Positions 28,380 to 38,078 of a stretch of DNA of 64,000 nucleotides are shown in pieces (position 1 is the first letter of the stretch; each line of letters starts with the position of its first letter). This stretch comes from a virus (taxonomy: Duplodnaviria > Caudoviricetes). The notes beneath the pieces are model-generated. The model was not told where the DNA came from and ran no database searches. It worked only from the letters and a program-made list of their open reading frames with translations. The stretch covers positions 64,001 through 128,000 of the IMG/VR virus record IMGVR_UViG_3300010163_000001; one strand, written 5' to 3'. Position numbers and translations under genes: made by a program.

Positions 28380-30104
28380 CTATCCTATTTTAATCGTATC
28401 TGGTTCTTTTTCAACGATTTCTATTTTTTCATAAGCAAACTCCTTTTCAAACGCATTTGATTTCTTTGAAATACAATCAATATAATCTTCAAATGTATCA
28501 AGTGATAATTTACGATCGATTCCAAATTCATCTTTCAAATCTCTTTCAAAGAAATACCGTTCCTTACAAGGTTCTTTTTTATCTGTAAAGAAGAATCCAT
28601 CATATAGTTTTACAAATGGTACAATAGAACCTGACATACCACAGTCACTATTTGAAGTCGTGAATAGATCAACTACTCCGACCATGGATGGATGCAAATA
28701 ACGATATTTATCAGAAATCATCTTTGAATTTTCGTTTCCTAATGCATTAACACCTTTACAGGTAAATGCAAAATCATTCATGAATGCCATATCGTTTGAT
28801 GCATCATCTGATTTCACCATATCATTCATATTTCTCATACCAGTCAATATGATATCAGAATTGAAATTGAATAATTCTAATAAAGTATCCATTGTATTCA
28901 TTTTGGATTTATTTTTCCGCTCAATTAATTTATTAATGTTTTCTGAAATTTTCCTTCCCAATGTTCCTACTACGATTGGCTCATTCTTTCGTATTCTCTT
29001 ATTTGCAATATCAATATTTACCCGTTCTTTTAATTTATCAAAATTTGACATCATCCAATACATGATTTGATAGACATTACTCTTATATACTTCTGGTAAA
29101 CGTATAGACTCTATAGAAAAAGAATCTAATAATCGTTCTACCATATGGATGAAAGTCCTTCCTTTTTCATAAAAAGTTAATAGGTTTTTATTCTTTACAG
29201 ACCCGATATATCCAATACGACAGGTCCAATACTCTTGATCTTCTAAGAGATCCATTGAAACCGGAAAGTCTCTATTCTGAAGATGAACTGCCATACATAC
29301 AAATGATTTTACTAAATCAAATCTATCAAATATTTCCCGTACAGCAGTTACATAACAATCATTACACTCAAAAATATAACATTCTTTTTCATCTTTCTTT
29401 GTATAATTCCTCTTGAATTTCACAATTCCGTCCATACCAAAGAATTTTATTGTCTTCTTCATTCCCATCTTTGCTGCATAGATCATTAGTGGATTAACAA
29501 ATTTTACTCTTTTCTTTTTAGAAGCATATTTTCCTTTCTTTCCAGAGGAATCTTGTGCATACGAATAGATTGGAAGTACAAATGTAGTCCCATGGATATC
29601 TGGTGTTTCTTTAAATTTGTTATGGTATATCATAATAGGCATTCTGGATTTCATAGTGACCTTTCCACGTTGGGAATATGTGGATGCATCTACTAACTGC
29701 CATATAATTTTCATCTTCTTATTGTTAATTACACAATACCCATCATGTACAGTCGGAACTAAAATTCGTTTTACAATTTCTTTTGAATGCAAATTCGTCT
29801 CAATTCTTATTCTGAAATCAATTTCATGAAATCTTGTATCTAACATGTAACTGTGTTTTGGTATTTGTATACTGGACAGATCCTTTTTCTTATAGTTGAT
29901 ATTAACCATATGATTATTGATATCAACTTCATCTTGATCCTCAATGATTTTATAATCAAGAATTTTGATATTTTCAATAGATTCAAAATCTTTCATACAT
30001 TGAATTACATAGTAATCCATTGGTTTATCATATGCAGATGTTAAAAAATCCATATTAAGCTCTGATTCATGCTCATTTGGAAATAGTGCAATATAATCTA
30101 GCAT
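28380..30104 (-). CDS. Phage multisubunit RNA polymerase beta subunit, N-terminal half
   Basis: YRYLHPSMVGVVDLFTTSNSDCGMSGSIVPF (cf. [24 protein letters not shown]); DIANKRIR. Confidence 0.85.
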   Translation of the reverse strand: MLDYIALFPNEHESELNMDFLTSAYDKPMDYYVIQCMKDFESIENIKILDYKIIEDQDEVDINNHMVNINYKKKDLSSIQIPKHSYMLDTRFHEIDFRIRIETNLHSKEIVKRILVPTVHDGYCVINNKKMKIIWQLVDASTYSQRGKVTMKSRMPIMIYHNKFKETPDIHGTTFVLPIYSYAQDSSGKKGKYASKKKRVKFVNPLMIYAAKMGMKKTIKFFGMDGIVKFKRNYTKKDEKECYIFECNDCYVTAVREIFDRFDLVKSFVCMAVHLQNRDFPVSMDLLEDQEYWTCRIGYIGSVKNKNLLTFYEKGRTFIHMVERLLDSFSIESIRLPEVYKSNVYQIMYWMMSNFDKLKERVNIDIANKRIRKNEPIVVGTLGRKISENINKLIERKNKSKMNTMDTLLELFNFNSDIILTGMRNMNDMVKSDDASNDMAFMNDFAFTCKGVNALGNENSKMISDKYRYLHPSMVGVVDLFTTSNSDCGMSGSIVPFVKLYDGFFFTDKKEPCKERYFFERDLKDEFGIDRKLSLDTFEDYIDCISKKSNAFEKEFAYEKIEIVEKEPDTIKIG

Positions 30105-30415
30105 TCTGATTCCTCCTCATCTACAAAGTCATCGAAATTCTGCCGAACATAATCTACTTCAAAATGTTTCCTTAGAGTTCGGCATTGTATACATTCAGCA
30201 TTGACATCTGTCATTTTTTGAATAGCGCATTCTAACGAACATATGTCAAATGAATCGAATGAATCTTCTGGATGTGGTACATTATGATCCGAAGTATATC
30301 CAGAATAATAGTAAGCACCCTTTGGAATTACTTTTCCACATACATCACATATTACTCTATGACCAATAGGCTCCTTAGTCTGAACGATCTTCTTTTTCTT
30401 AGATTCTATTATCAT
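30098..30415 (-). CDS. Small zinc-finger protein
   Basis: CDVCG...DICSLEC. Confidence 0.7.
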   Translation of the reverse strand: MIIESKKKKIVQTKEPIGHRVICDVCGKVIPKGAYYYSGYTSDHNVPHPEDSFDSFDICSLECAIQKMTDVNAECIQCRTLRKHFEVDYVRQNFDDFVDEEESEC

Positions 30416-30528
30416 AATATTTTATCTCCTTTTCTATTAAATTTTCTATGATATGCAAAAAGATTTGCTTTTATAATTTCAATTAGAGGTTACGGACTTG
30501 ATATAATCCGTAACCTCATTTTATTCTC

Positions 30529-31005
30529 TTAAACGTCCTCTAATACTAATCCTGTAATAATTTTAATCTCGTTTTCATCGATATTCATCTTGTAAGAAAC
30601 AAGTCTCTTATCATATACATCAATGTCAAAAGGTTTTCCATTTAAAGTAATTGTGAGAAGCCCATTATGAAAATTCGGATCTCCTTCATCTAAGAGATCC
30701 ATACTTTTCAATGTTTCTGTATCCATTGTGAATGTAGCGATAGAGACTATCTGCCCATTAAAACTGTTCTCATCATTTTCCAAGCTCGAAAATGCATCTT
30801 TCATTAAATCAGATATATTTGTATTTCGGATTAAATCTGCGACTGCATCTTCCTCAGATACTGCTAACAAATCCACATCCGTACGTATTTTCATCTCATC
30901 AACCACACCATCTTTCAATGGCTTCATGAAAAATGCCTTGTAAAAAGTTATCTTTTTATTCTTTAATAGTTTAGACGGAAAGTCTTTTATATCTGTTATT
31001 TTCAT
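30529..31005 (-). CDS. Hypothetical protein
   Basis: AGGAGG RBS. Confidence 0.75.
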   Translation of the reverse strand: MKITDIKDFPSKLLKNKKITFYKAFFMKPLKDGVVDEMKIRTDVDLLAVSEEDAVADLIRNTNISDLMKDAFSSLENDENSFNGQIVSIATFTMDTETLKSMDLLDEGDPNFHNGLLTITLNGKPFDIDVYDKRLVSYKMNIDENEIKIITGLVLEDV

Positions 31006-31014
31006 ACATTCCTC

Positions 31015-31785
31015 CTATTCTTCACCAAAATCGTCATCATCATCTCCATCAGTGTCTTGGTCTGATTTAATGATTAACTTTGCTCCCATACCAGGTCTGA
31101 GATTTATTACACAGCCTTCCCCTTTCTTTGTGGCGTGAAATTCAATGATATCATTAAAGTTAATTGTGGTAGATTGCTTTCCACTTAACACCAGTTTCCT
31201 TACCAATTCCATATAAAGATTTGTAAGGAAGATATATGTTGTTGCAATTGCTTCCCATTCTTTTGGAAGTAATATACTGTGTTTATCGGCAATAATCCTT
31301 CTTGCAACTTTGTCAATTTTCTTCATTGCATTTGTCAGTTCATCATTATCTGGATAGATATATGCAGCATCAAGTGCAATAAATTCAATTTCCCTCTTAT
31401 CTGGAGGAACATCATTTGAAATAATTGCATCAACATCTTTACCAGGTCGAAATACAACATTAATATTTCCAACCTTTTCCGAACTTTCATTTTTCTTGTT
31501 TGTTGCAAATACCTTTACCAATGAATAGAAATCAATCATATTGGCTTCCGGATCGGATAATACTTTTATACCATTATTTCTGATATGAGAATAAATTGCG
31601 CTAATAATTGATTCTACGGTTTTCAACGCAATCGTGTTTGCTTCCCAATCATTGTTAATAAAAAGTCGATGACGGAGCCTTAATTCCTCTTTTGTTTTCC
31701 TGTCAACATTTAATAAATCTTCCCTCTGCACTGGTTCATTTGGGATGGCGAAATGTGTTTCGCCTTGCACTTGCATATCTGTCAT
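31015..31785 (-). CDS. Hypothetical protein with an internal duplication, possibly tandem HU/IHF-like
   Basis: Two similar halves ending NVVFRPGKDVDAII and INLRPGMGAKLII. Confidence 0.5.
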   Translation of the reverse strand: MTDMQVQGETHFAIPNEPVQREDLLNVDRKTKEELRLRHRLFINNDWEANTIALKTVESIISAIYSHIRNNGIKVLSDPEANMIDFYSLVKVFATNKKNESSEKVGNINVVFRPGKDVDAIISNDVPPDKREIEFIALDAAYIYPDNDELTNAMKKIDKVARRIIADKHSILLPKEWEAIATTYIFLTNLYMELVRKLVLSGKQSTTINFNDIIEFHATKKGEGCVINLRPGMGAKLIIKSDQDTDGDDDDDFGEE

Positions 31786-31881
31786 GTGTATTTTTCCTCC
31801 TTTAATTTTATTTTTTCTGTCACCATAACAATAATATATTAATGAAATTAAAATTAAGATAGATAAGGGCTTAGCCCTTAT

Positions 31882-32256
31882 CTATCTTAATTTGATAGTA
31901 ATTTTCTTTTGATTTATTTTATTATTCACACGTCTAAATATCTTTTCAAATTTTACTAAATCCGTAGTTAAATCTTCAACTAATTTTTCAAAGTCCTCAT
32001 CACTGTTACATTCTTTCTTATTAATTTCCTGTAGAATGAACATGGAAATATATCGCCTTTCTTGTACAAGAACCTCGTCAATAATATTTGTTACATCTGC
32101 GATGAATCCTATTATAGAAATTACGCCAATTAATATGAGCGTCATCATAATTGCCTCAAATGATAGACCATAGGAATGTAAAATTCCTAATACAATGGCA
32201 ACTACCAATAAAATTATTATATACATCCGATATGGTAATTTAATTTTATTATTCAT
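31882..32256 (-). CDS. Two-TM membrane protein
   Basis: Two N-terminal hydrophobic helices. Confidence 0.7.
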   Translation of the reverse strand: MNNKIKLPYRMYIIILLVVAIVLGILHSYGLSFEAIMMTLILIGVISIIGFIADVTNIIDEVLVQERRYISMFILQEINKKECNSDEDFEKLVEDLTTDLVKFEKIFRRVNNKINQKKITIKLR

Positions 32257-32504
32257 TTTTCATACTTCCTTTCGTTGTATTCTTCATTTGTTCTACGGCT
32301 GCTTCTTATTATTTCATATAAAAAGTTTAACACAATTATTACACATATCAAGAGTAACGTAGATAAACATCCAATTACCAGCACTAATCCTATAAGCAAA
32401 TCAACTCCTATAACATTTGTAATATGGAGAAATACTAATGCTAAACATGTAGACATTAAAATTCCTACATAAAGTGCATATAATTTCTTAAATTTCTTTA
32501 TCAT
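32253..32504 (-). CDS. Two-TM membrane protein
   Basis: Two hydrophobic helices; ATGA overlaps with both neighbours. Confidence 0.7.
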   Translation of the reverse strand: MIKKFKKLYALYVGILMSTCLALVFLHITNVIGVDLLIGLVLVIGCLSTLLLICVIIVLNFLYEIIRSSRRTNEEYNERKYEK

Positions 32505-34537
32505 CTGCTTAATCCTTTCAATACTTTGTCTGCATCGGAACGATGTTCAATTGAGATTCCTTTCTTCTGTGCAGCCTTACATTTCGTTGAGTCATGGTCA
32601 TAGGATGCATCTATTACTGCTACAGTATCTCCATTTACATTGGATGATACCTCATAACCCAAGTTGTTGAATTCTGCTTCTAAATCAGAATTTCGAAATC
32701 CAGTAAAAACCACATTCCCTTTGTAAGTAACATCGTTCACAATGTTCATGATTTCCATCAATTTTTTAATTAGTTTCTTATTTTCATGAATAAATTGAGC
32801 AAATGTCTTTGCTGTCTTTTCTCCTGTGTTTTCTGCATCAATTAATTCCCATTCCAATGTTGATTGTTCCATTTTCAACATTTTCTTTAATGGTATCACT
32901 TTTATGAGATTTTTACATTTCTTCTTTGATATTCCTGTAATTCCAAGTGCCCCTAATAAAGATGAAACTTCAATTGGTTTTTCTTTTATTTTATTAATCT
33001 CTCTGATAATAATTTCTGCAGAATCCTTACCATATTTTGGTAGCGGTTCTATTTGCTCTACGGTAAGTTCAAATAAATCTGGAATATCTTCTAATAAATG
33101 ATGATTCATCAAATCTTCAATTGTTTTATCAGAAACATCTTTTGCTTCTAATTTCACTAAGAAGTTTGAGATTCTTCCAGATATAATTCTTGGACAATCT
33201 TGATTTTCACATCGATATTGCCCCCCTGCTCCTACTCTATTTAATTTCTCTCCACAGTAAGGACACCTCTTTTTTATTTTTAATAGTTTTGCGTTTTCTT
33301 TATACCTTCTTATTTCTGGTAACTTTGCCTGTGGAATTACATCTCCAGCCGAATATACTAACACTTGTTCTCCCTCATGAATATCCATATTCACAAACTT
33401 ATCAAAAGAACCAAGTGAAACATCTTCAACAGTTGTTTCATTCACCTCAACAGGCATTACTTTTAACATTGGAACTGCAAAACCAAGCCTTCCAACTGAT
33501 ACATATCCGTAATCAACTTTTGCCAACGCTTCTTCTGTATTAACTTTGAAAGCAATCGCATTATCCATAATGTCATCATAATTTGTAAGTACATCATCTC
33601 CTAATGGATAGATTACAACACCATCTGTTCGAATGGGATATGATGCATCTCTTATAACAGATAACATCTTTTCAATTTCATCCATTAGATCTAATGGATT
33701 TCCTGCTGATATTTCTTTTGAATCCAATGGATTATATTCAATTTCCCCATTTGGCAATTGCACTGCTAATGGAATGACTGTTACATATTTTGCATATTGC
33801 AAATTCTTTGGCGAATTTACAATACCACTCGTAGCACTTCGCCTGTTCTTATACTTCTTCTCTTGAATTAAGTTGTTAAACGACTCTGTTGTCATTACCA
33901 ATTCCGTCTTAATCCAAAGATTTTCTCCAGATTTTAACTTTTCTGCATAGAAGGAACTAATCACTTTTCCATTTGAAGTTTGTCTTACCATTTTTGTAAT
34001 ATCTTGTCCTTCTTCTCCATCATTCCGAGTAACTCCCTTTACGACATTACCATCTTTATTTATCTTTATAGCAGATGATATTCCATCAAATTTAGGAGCA
34101 ATTCGAAATCTTCTTTTTCCATGAAATGGTTTCCATTTCATAAAATAAGCATAAAGCTCATCCATCGTATAGATTTTTTTAATAGATCCAACCATTCCAG
34201 GTTCTTCATGTTTTACAAAATCCCATTGCGATTGTGTAATTAACTTATCCGCATGAGATATTAATGACCCACCATTGTTAATATAGTGGGTCATTAATTG
34301 ATCATATTCATGATCAGAGATTAATACATCTCCATCTTCAGAATACGTGTAATAATCCAGAAATAATTTAATTAGTTCTTCCGCTTCATCAAATTCTTCC
34401 TGATGTAATACTTTAATATTTAAGAACCTGGAATGTAAAGATGCTAACTCTTCTCTATAGTTAGCTAAATCTGCAATTGATATTTCTCCTCTTCTTAATT
34501 TCTTTCGAAGTTCTGCTACCTTTTGCATTATCTTCAC
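32501..34537 (-). CDS. ligA: NAD-dependent DNA ligase
   Basis: ISDHEYD, PKFDGIS, TRNDGEEG, DGVVI, AFK, AGDVIP, CPYC..C..C zinc finger, BRCT (VVFTG). Confidence 0.95.
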   Translation of the reverse strand: MKIMQKVAELRKKLRRGEISIADLANYREELASLHSRFLNIKVLHQEEFDEAEELIKLFLDYYTYSEDGDVLISDHEYDQLMTHYINNGGSLISHADKLITQSQWDFVKHEEPGMVGSIKKIYTMDELYAYFMKWKPFHGKRRFRIAPKFDGISSAIKINKDGNVVKGVTRNDGEEGQDITKMVRQTSNGKVISSFYAEKLKSGENLWIKTELVMTTESFNNLIQEKKYKNRRSATSGIVNSPKNLQYAKYVTVIPLAVQLPNGEIEYNPLDSKEISAGNPLDLMDEIEKMLSVIRDASYPIRTDGVVIYPLGDDVLTNYDDIMDNAIAFKVNTEEALAKVDYGYVSVGRLGFAVPMLKVMPVEVNETTVEDVSLGSFDKFVNMDIHEGEQVLVYSAGDVIPQAKLPEIRRYKENAKLLKIKKRCPYCGEKLNRVGAGGQYRCENQDCPRIISGRISNFLVKLEAKDVSDKTIEDLMNHHLLEDIPDLFELTVEQIEPLPKYGKDSAEIIIREINKIKEKPIEVSSLLGALGITGISKKKCKNLIKVIPLKKMLKMEQSTLEWELIDAENTGEKTAKTFAQFIHENKKLIKKLMEIMNIVNDVTYKGNVVFTGFRNSDLEAEFNNLGYEVSSNVNGDTVAVIDASYDHDSTKCKAAQKKGISIEHRSDADKVLKGLSR

Positions 34538-34564
34538 CTTCCTTTCTAAAATAAGAATATATTA

Positions 34565-34819
34565 TTAAACGTTTTTATTCTTTTTCTTTGATGGTTTCTG
34601 AGGATTTACATCTGAAAACTTAATCGGAATCATATTGCCGTCATCTTCATCGTCCTCATCATCATGATCTTCTGGTTCCATAAGTGCATTAAGAACCTCA
34701 ATTATTTCATTTATTTTGGTTTCGATTAAGTATATTCTTTTCCCTATACTGTCAATATTGAAACTCACAGTTTCCTCGGGATTTTCCAATGGCTCAATCG
34801 GCTCATAATCTTCAAACAT
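34565..34819 (-). CDS. Small acidic hypothetical protein (MFEDYEPIEP...)
   Basis: Start reassigned to ATG 34819 behind AGGAGG; the longer track ORF overlaps DHFR. Confidence 0.7.
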   Translation of the reverse strand: MFEDYEPIEPLENPEETVSFNIDSIGKRIYLIETKINEIIEVLNALMEPEDHDDEDDEDDGNMIPIKFSDVNPQKPSKKKNKNV

Positions 34820-34823
34820 GAAT

Positions 34824-35315
34824 TTACCTCCTTCTAAGTTTGATGAATAAATAACTAACACCTTCATTCTCATCAAAATAATGAGGAGTTGATGTAATAA
34901 CATCCCAATCTTTATTTGTATCAAGTATTGGAAGTTTTCGATCAGAAGGTCTTTTTGCTTCTACATAAGTAATGTATGCAGTATCGCAATATGGAAGGAA
35001 AGTTTCATATGTATACTGCCCCCCTATCACAAATGCTTTATCTCCAGCTTTTTTCACAATCTCCTCAACTTTACTAGAGAATATAACTGTTTTACTTTTG
35101 TACTGATTTAAAAGAATGTCTGTATCTCTTGTGTATATGAAATTCGTCCTATTCGGAAGAGGTTTGCCAATGGATTTGAATGTTGCTTTTCCCATAATAA
35201 CAGACTCTCCAGTTGTTAATAATTTAAATAATTGCATATCCCTATGAATATGAAATAATAATCTCCCTTCATATCCAATTCCACGTTCACTATCTACACA
35301 TGCGATTAGATTCAT
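34824..35315 (-). CDS. folA: Dihydrofolate reductase
   Basis: GIGYEGRL, DMQLFK, VIMGKATFKSIGKPLPNR, VIGG. Confidence 0.95.
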   Translation of the reverse strand: MNLIACVDSERGIGYEGRLLFHIHRDMQLFKLLTTGESVIMGKATFKSIGKPLPNRTNFIYTRDTDILLNQYKSKTVIFSSKVEEIVKKAGDKAFVIGGQYTYETFLPYCDTAYITYVEAKRPSDRKLPILDTNKDWDVITSTPHYFDENEGVSYLFIKLRRR

Positions 35316-35327
35316 ATAAGTGTCCTC

Positions 35328-36305
35328 CTAAACCGCTACATCAAATTCCATTTTCTCCATATACTTATAACCTTCGATATGAATATCATCCACATTAATC
35401 TTAAAGAAATCAGTTTCATCTGTATTCCATGTCAGTTTTGGTTGGTTTCTTGATAATGTTAATGCTCTTACAATTTTTACAACCCCTGCGTCATTTTCTA
35501 ACGTATCATATGTAGAACAAATGTCCTCATAAATATCATTGTCAATTTTATTTGTCATTCTAATAAGCCTGTAATTATACAACATATCTGCATAATTATC
35601 CAAATGACTTTTATAGCAGTAGATATGAGCATCTGCCATGCAATGTGTCAAAATTCCAGGTTCAACACCAATATGTCTTGCAAATAAATGTGTTAATAAT
35701 GCATATTGTGTAGTATTAAATGGAACTCCTACAAGATAATCGGATGAACGCTGTACTAACATGCAGTTAAGCTTTCCATCTACAATTGTCCAAATTGAGG
35801 AATAACAGCATGGACAAAGATTCATATCGTTCAGATCATCTACATTCCATAAATCAATAACACACCTTCTATCACTGGAATCAGATGCTAATTTTTCTAG
35901 CACGTAATGCACCTGACTTTCATATGTCTTTCCTCCAATAGTAACATTCTTCGCTACTTGATAGCCATATGACTTTCCAATAGAACCATTTTCATCAGCC
36001 CAATCATCCCAAATGTGGGCTTTCAAATCATTTATATTATTACTTTGCTTCTGCATAATCCATAAAATCTCTTTTAATGCAGTTTTCCAGAATACATTCT
36101 TACATTTTAAAATCGGTACCGGTTCTTTCTCTAAATCTACCTCAATGATAGCATGAGGAACTCTTATTGTTTCAATTCCAGTTCTTTGATTCAATTGTCT
36201 GAATCCTGTTTCCATAATTTCTTGAGCAATACTCATATACTGCTCCTCATAAGGTACATATTTTTTTTTCATACTTTTCATCCCTCTTAAAATTATTTTA
36301 TTCAC
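35328..36305 (-). CDS. thyA: Thymidylate synthase
   Basis: IWDDWA, YGYQ, RRCVIDLWN, LCPCC, QRSSDYLVGVPFN, DAHIY. Confidence 0.95.
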   Translation of the reverse strand: MNKIILRGMKSMKKKYVPYEEQYMSIAQEIMETGFRQLNQRTGIETIRVPHAIIEVDLEKEPVPILKCKNVFWKTALKEILWIMQKQSNNINDLKAHIWDDWADENGSIGKSYGYQVAKNVTIGGKTYESQVHYVLEKLASDSSDRRCVIDLWNVDDLNDMNLCPCCYSSIWTIVDGKLNCMLVQRSSDYLVGVPFNTTQYALLTHLFARHIGVEPGILTHCMADAHIYCYKSHLDNYADMLYNYRLIRMTNKIDNDIYEDICSTYDTLENDAGVVKIVRALTLSRNQPKLTWNTDETDFFKINVDDIHIEGYKYMEKMEFDVAV

Positions 36306-36392
36306 TTATCAAAAATGTTTTTTTGATTAAAATAATGTGTAAAACGGAATAAAAAACAAATCAACATAGAAATAATCTTAAAGAAAGGAAAG

Positions 36393-37490
36393 GTGATGTT
36401 TATGGCTATTACAATGTATAAGTCTATAGACGCTGCAATTTCTAAAGTAACAGAACTTGAATTTGAGGAAGTAGGCTATTTAGAAAAAGCTTCAAACGCA
36501 AGCCTTGATTCAAAAACTGAAAATGCTGGCTATAATAATTATACTAAATATTGGAGAGACCTCAATCAGCTCGGAATTATGGGTCAATCTTCTAATTTTG
36601 CCGGTGGAAATGTATGGTATTGGTGTGCTGGTTACCAGTCATGGATTTTTTACAAAGCATTTGGATTAGATGGTGCAAGAAAATTGTTGCTTCACATGCC
36701 TTATATCACATGTGCAGTATTAGGAGAAAAGGCAAAAGCTGCTGGAAGATTATATGATGATCCACAGGAAGGAGATATTTCATTGTTCTGGAATGGGTCC
36801 AGATATAGTCATACAGGATATGTATATGCAGTTGATAGTAACAAATTCTATACTGTAGAAGGAAATACGAATTCAAGTGCAGGTGTTGTTGCAAACGGTG
36901 GTGGAGTATTCAAGAAGTCCTACGTAAGATCTACAATGAAAAATAAAGGAACGAAATTCTTTAGACCGGATTATTCTTTGGTAGTTGACGGAAAAGGAAA
37001 TACTTCTTCTAATTCCAAGCCATCCAAACCAGCAACATCTTCAAATAATTCAAATTCTACAAAAGTTATCGGGGAAGCAAAAGTAACAACCAAGACAGAT
37101 CCACTTATGTGTAGGAAGAGTGCTTCTTCCAGTGCAAGTATTCTTGGTAAGTTTGCAAAAGGTGCAACGGTTTCAATCCTGGCAAAGACTAATTCTTCTT
37201 GGTGGAAGGTAAAAGGCAAATCCACAGATGGAAAGACAATTACGGGATATTGCTCAACAAAATATCTAACAGAATGTGCAGATAAAGTTTCTCTTAAGAT
37301 AACAACCAAGACAGACCCGCTCAGATGTAGAGCAACTGCTTCTTCAAACGGAAAAATTCTTGGTAAGTTTGCAAAAGGTGCAACGGTTACATTGGTTGAG
37401 AAAACAAATTCTTCTTGGTGGAAGGTAAAAGGCAAATCCACAGATGGAAAGACAATTACGGGATATTGCTCAACGGAATACTTGGGCTAA
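36393..37490 (+). CDS. Endolysin / cell-wall hydrolase: CHAP domain plus two SH3b repeats
   Basis: NYTKYW, WCAGY, SHTGYV, TVEGNT; Ser/Asn linker; two near-identical SH3 repeats. Confidence 0.9.
   Translation: MMFMAITMYKSIDAAISKVTELEFEEVGYLEKASNASLDSKTENAGYNNYTKYWRDLNQLGIMGQSSNFAGGNVWYWCAGYQSWIFYKAFGLDGARKLLLHMPYITCAVLGEKAKAAGRLYDDPQEGDISLFWNGSRYSHTGYVYAVDSNKFYTVEGNTNSSAGVVANGGGVFKKSYVRSTMKNKGTKFFRPDYSLVVDGKGNTSSNSKPSKPATSSNNSNSTKVIGEAKVTTKTDPLMCRKSASSSASILGKFAKGATVSILAKTNSSWWKVKGKSTDGKTITGYCSTKYLTECADKVSLKITTKTDPLRCRATASSNGKILGKFAKGATVTLVEKTNSSWWKVKGKSTDGKTITGYCSTEYLG
37084..37484 (+). repeat. Intragenic tandem duplication of the SH3b module (offset 216 nt)
   Basis: Long identical DNA stretches, e.g. 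AATTCTTCTTGGTGGAAGGTAAAAGGCAAATCCACAGATGGAAAGACAATTACGGGATATTGCTCAAC twice. Confidence 0.9.
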
Positions 37491-37565
37491 AATATAAAGA
37501 GAGTATAGGAAAATCCTATACTCTCTTTATTGCTGTTACATGAATATTATGCTAAATTTACAATT

Positions 37566-37991
37566 TTATGCCTTTTGAAATACAATTGTTGGTTTTGTAA
37601 CGTGTATTGTTTCTCCTTTTTCTGCGATAATAAACTCAGCATCTATACACCAGGCGCCCCAAGTCTTTTTTGTTTTATCATAAATTCTTGTCACTGTTTT
37701 TCCAAGATACGTATAAATCTGTCGTATTTCTTCATCAAGAACTATAACAGTGAGTTTTATCTGATCTCCAGATGCAGTATCATCATAACTATTCGTATAA
37801 TACTGAATAAAATAGTTCCCCTTCTCTACCATAGTATTTAAATCTATCTTTGCATCCACAGTAGATTCAACAATATGATCAGGTGAATCAGTCATCATCT
37901 TTCTTACGTATGTTATTGTCTCATCGATTTCTTCCCCTGTGTATGAGGAGAAATACTTGGCTTCTCTTTGATTTATACTTGATTCTGCCAT
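37566..37991 (-). CDS. Tail-fibre-associated knob-like protein
   Basis: YTGEEID, DLNTMVEKGNY, RQIY...TRIY...WGAW pattern typical of pyocin-knob-like domains. Confidence 0.5.
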   Translation of the reverse strand: MAESSINQREAKYFSSYTGEEIDETITYVRKMMTDSPDHIVESTVDAKIDLNTMVEKGNYFIQYYTNSYDDTASGDQIKLTVIVLDEEIRQIYTYLGKTVTRIYDKTKKTWGAWCIDAEFIIAEKGETIHVTKPTIVFQKA

Positions 37992-38078
37992 ATATTCACT
38001 TCCTTTTTCTTCCTATTTAGTATTAATAATCTGTAAAGAATTTAACAACCTAAATAAAATATATAAAAAGGAGGTTTA

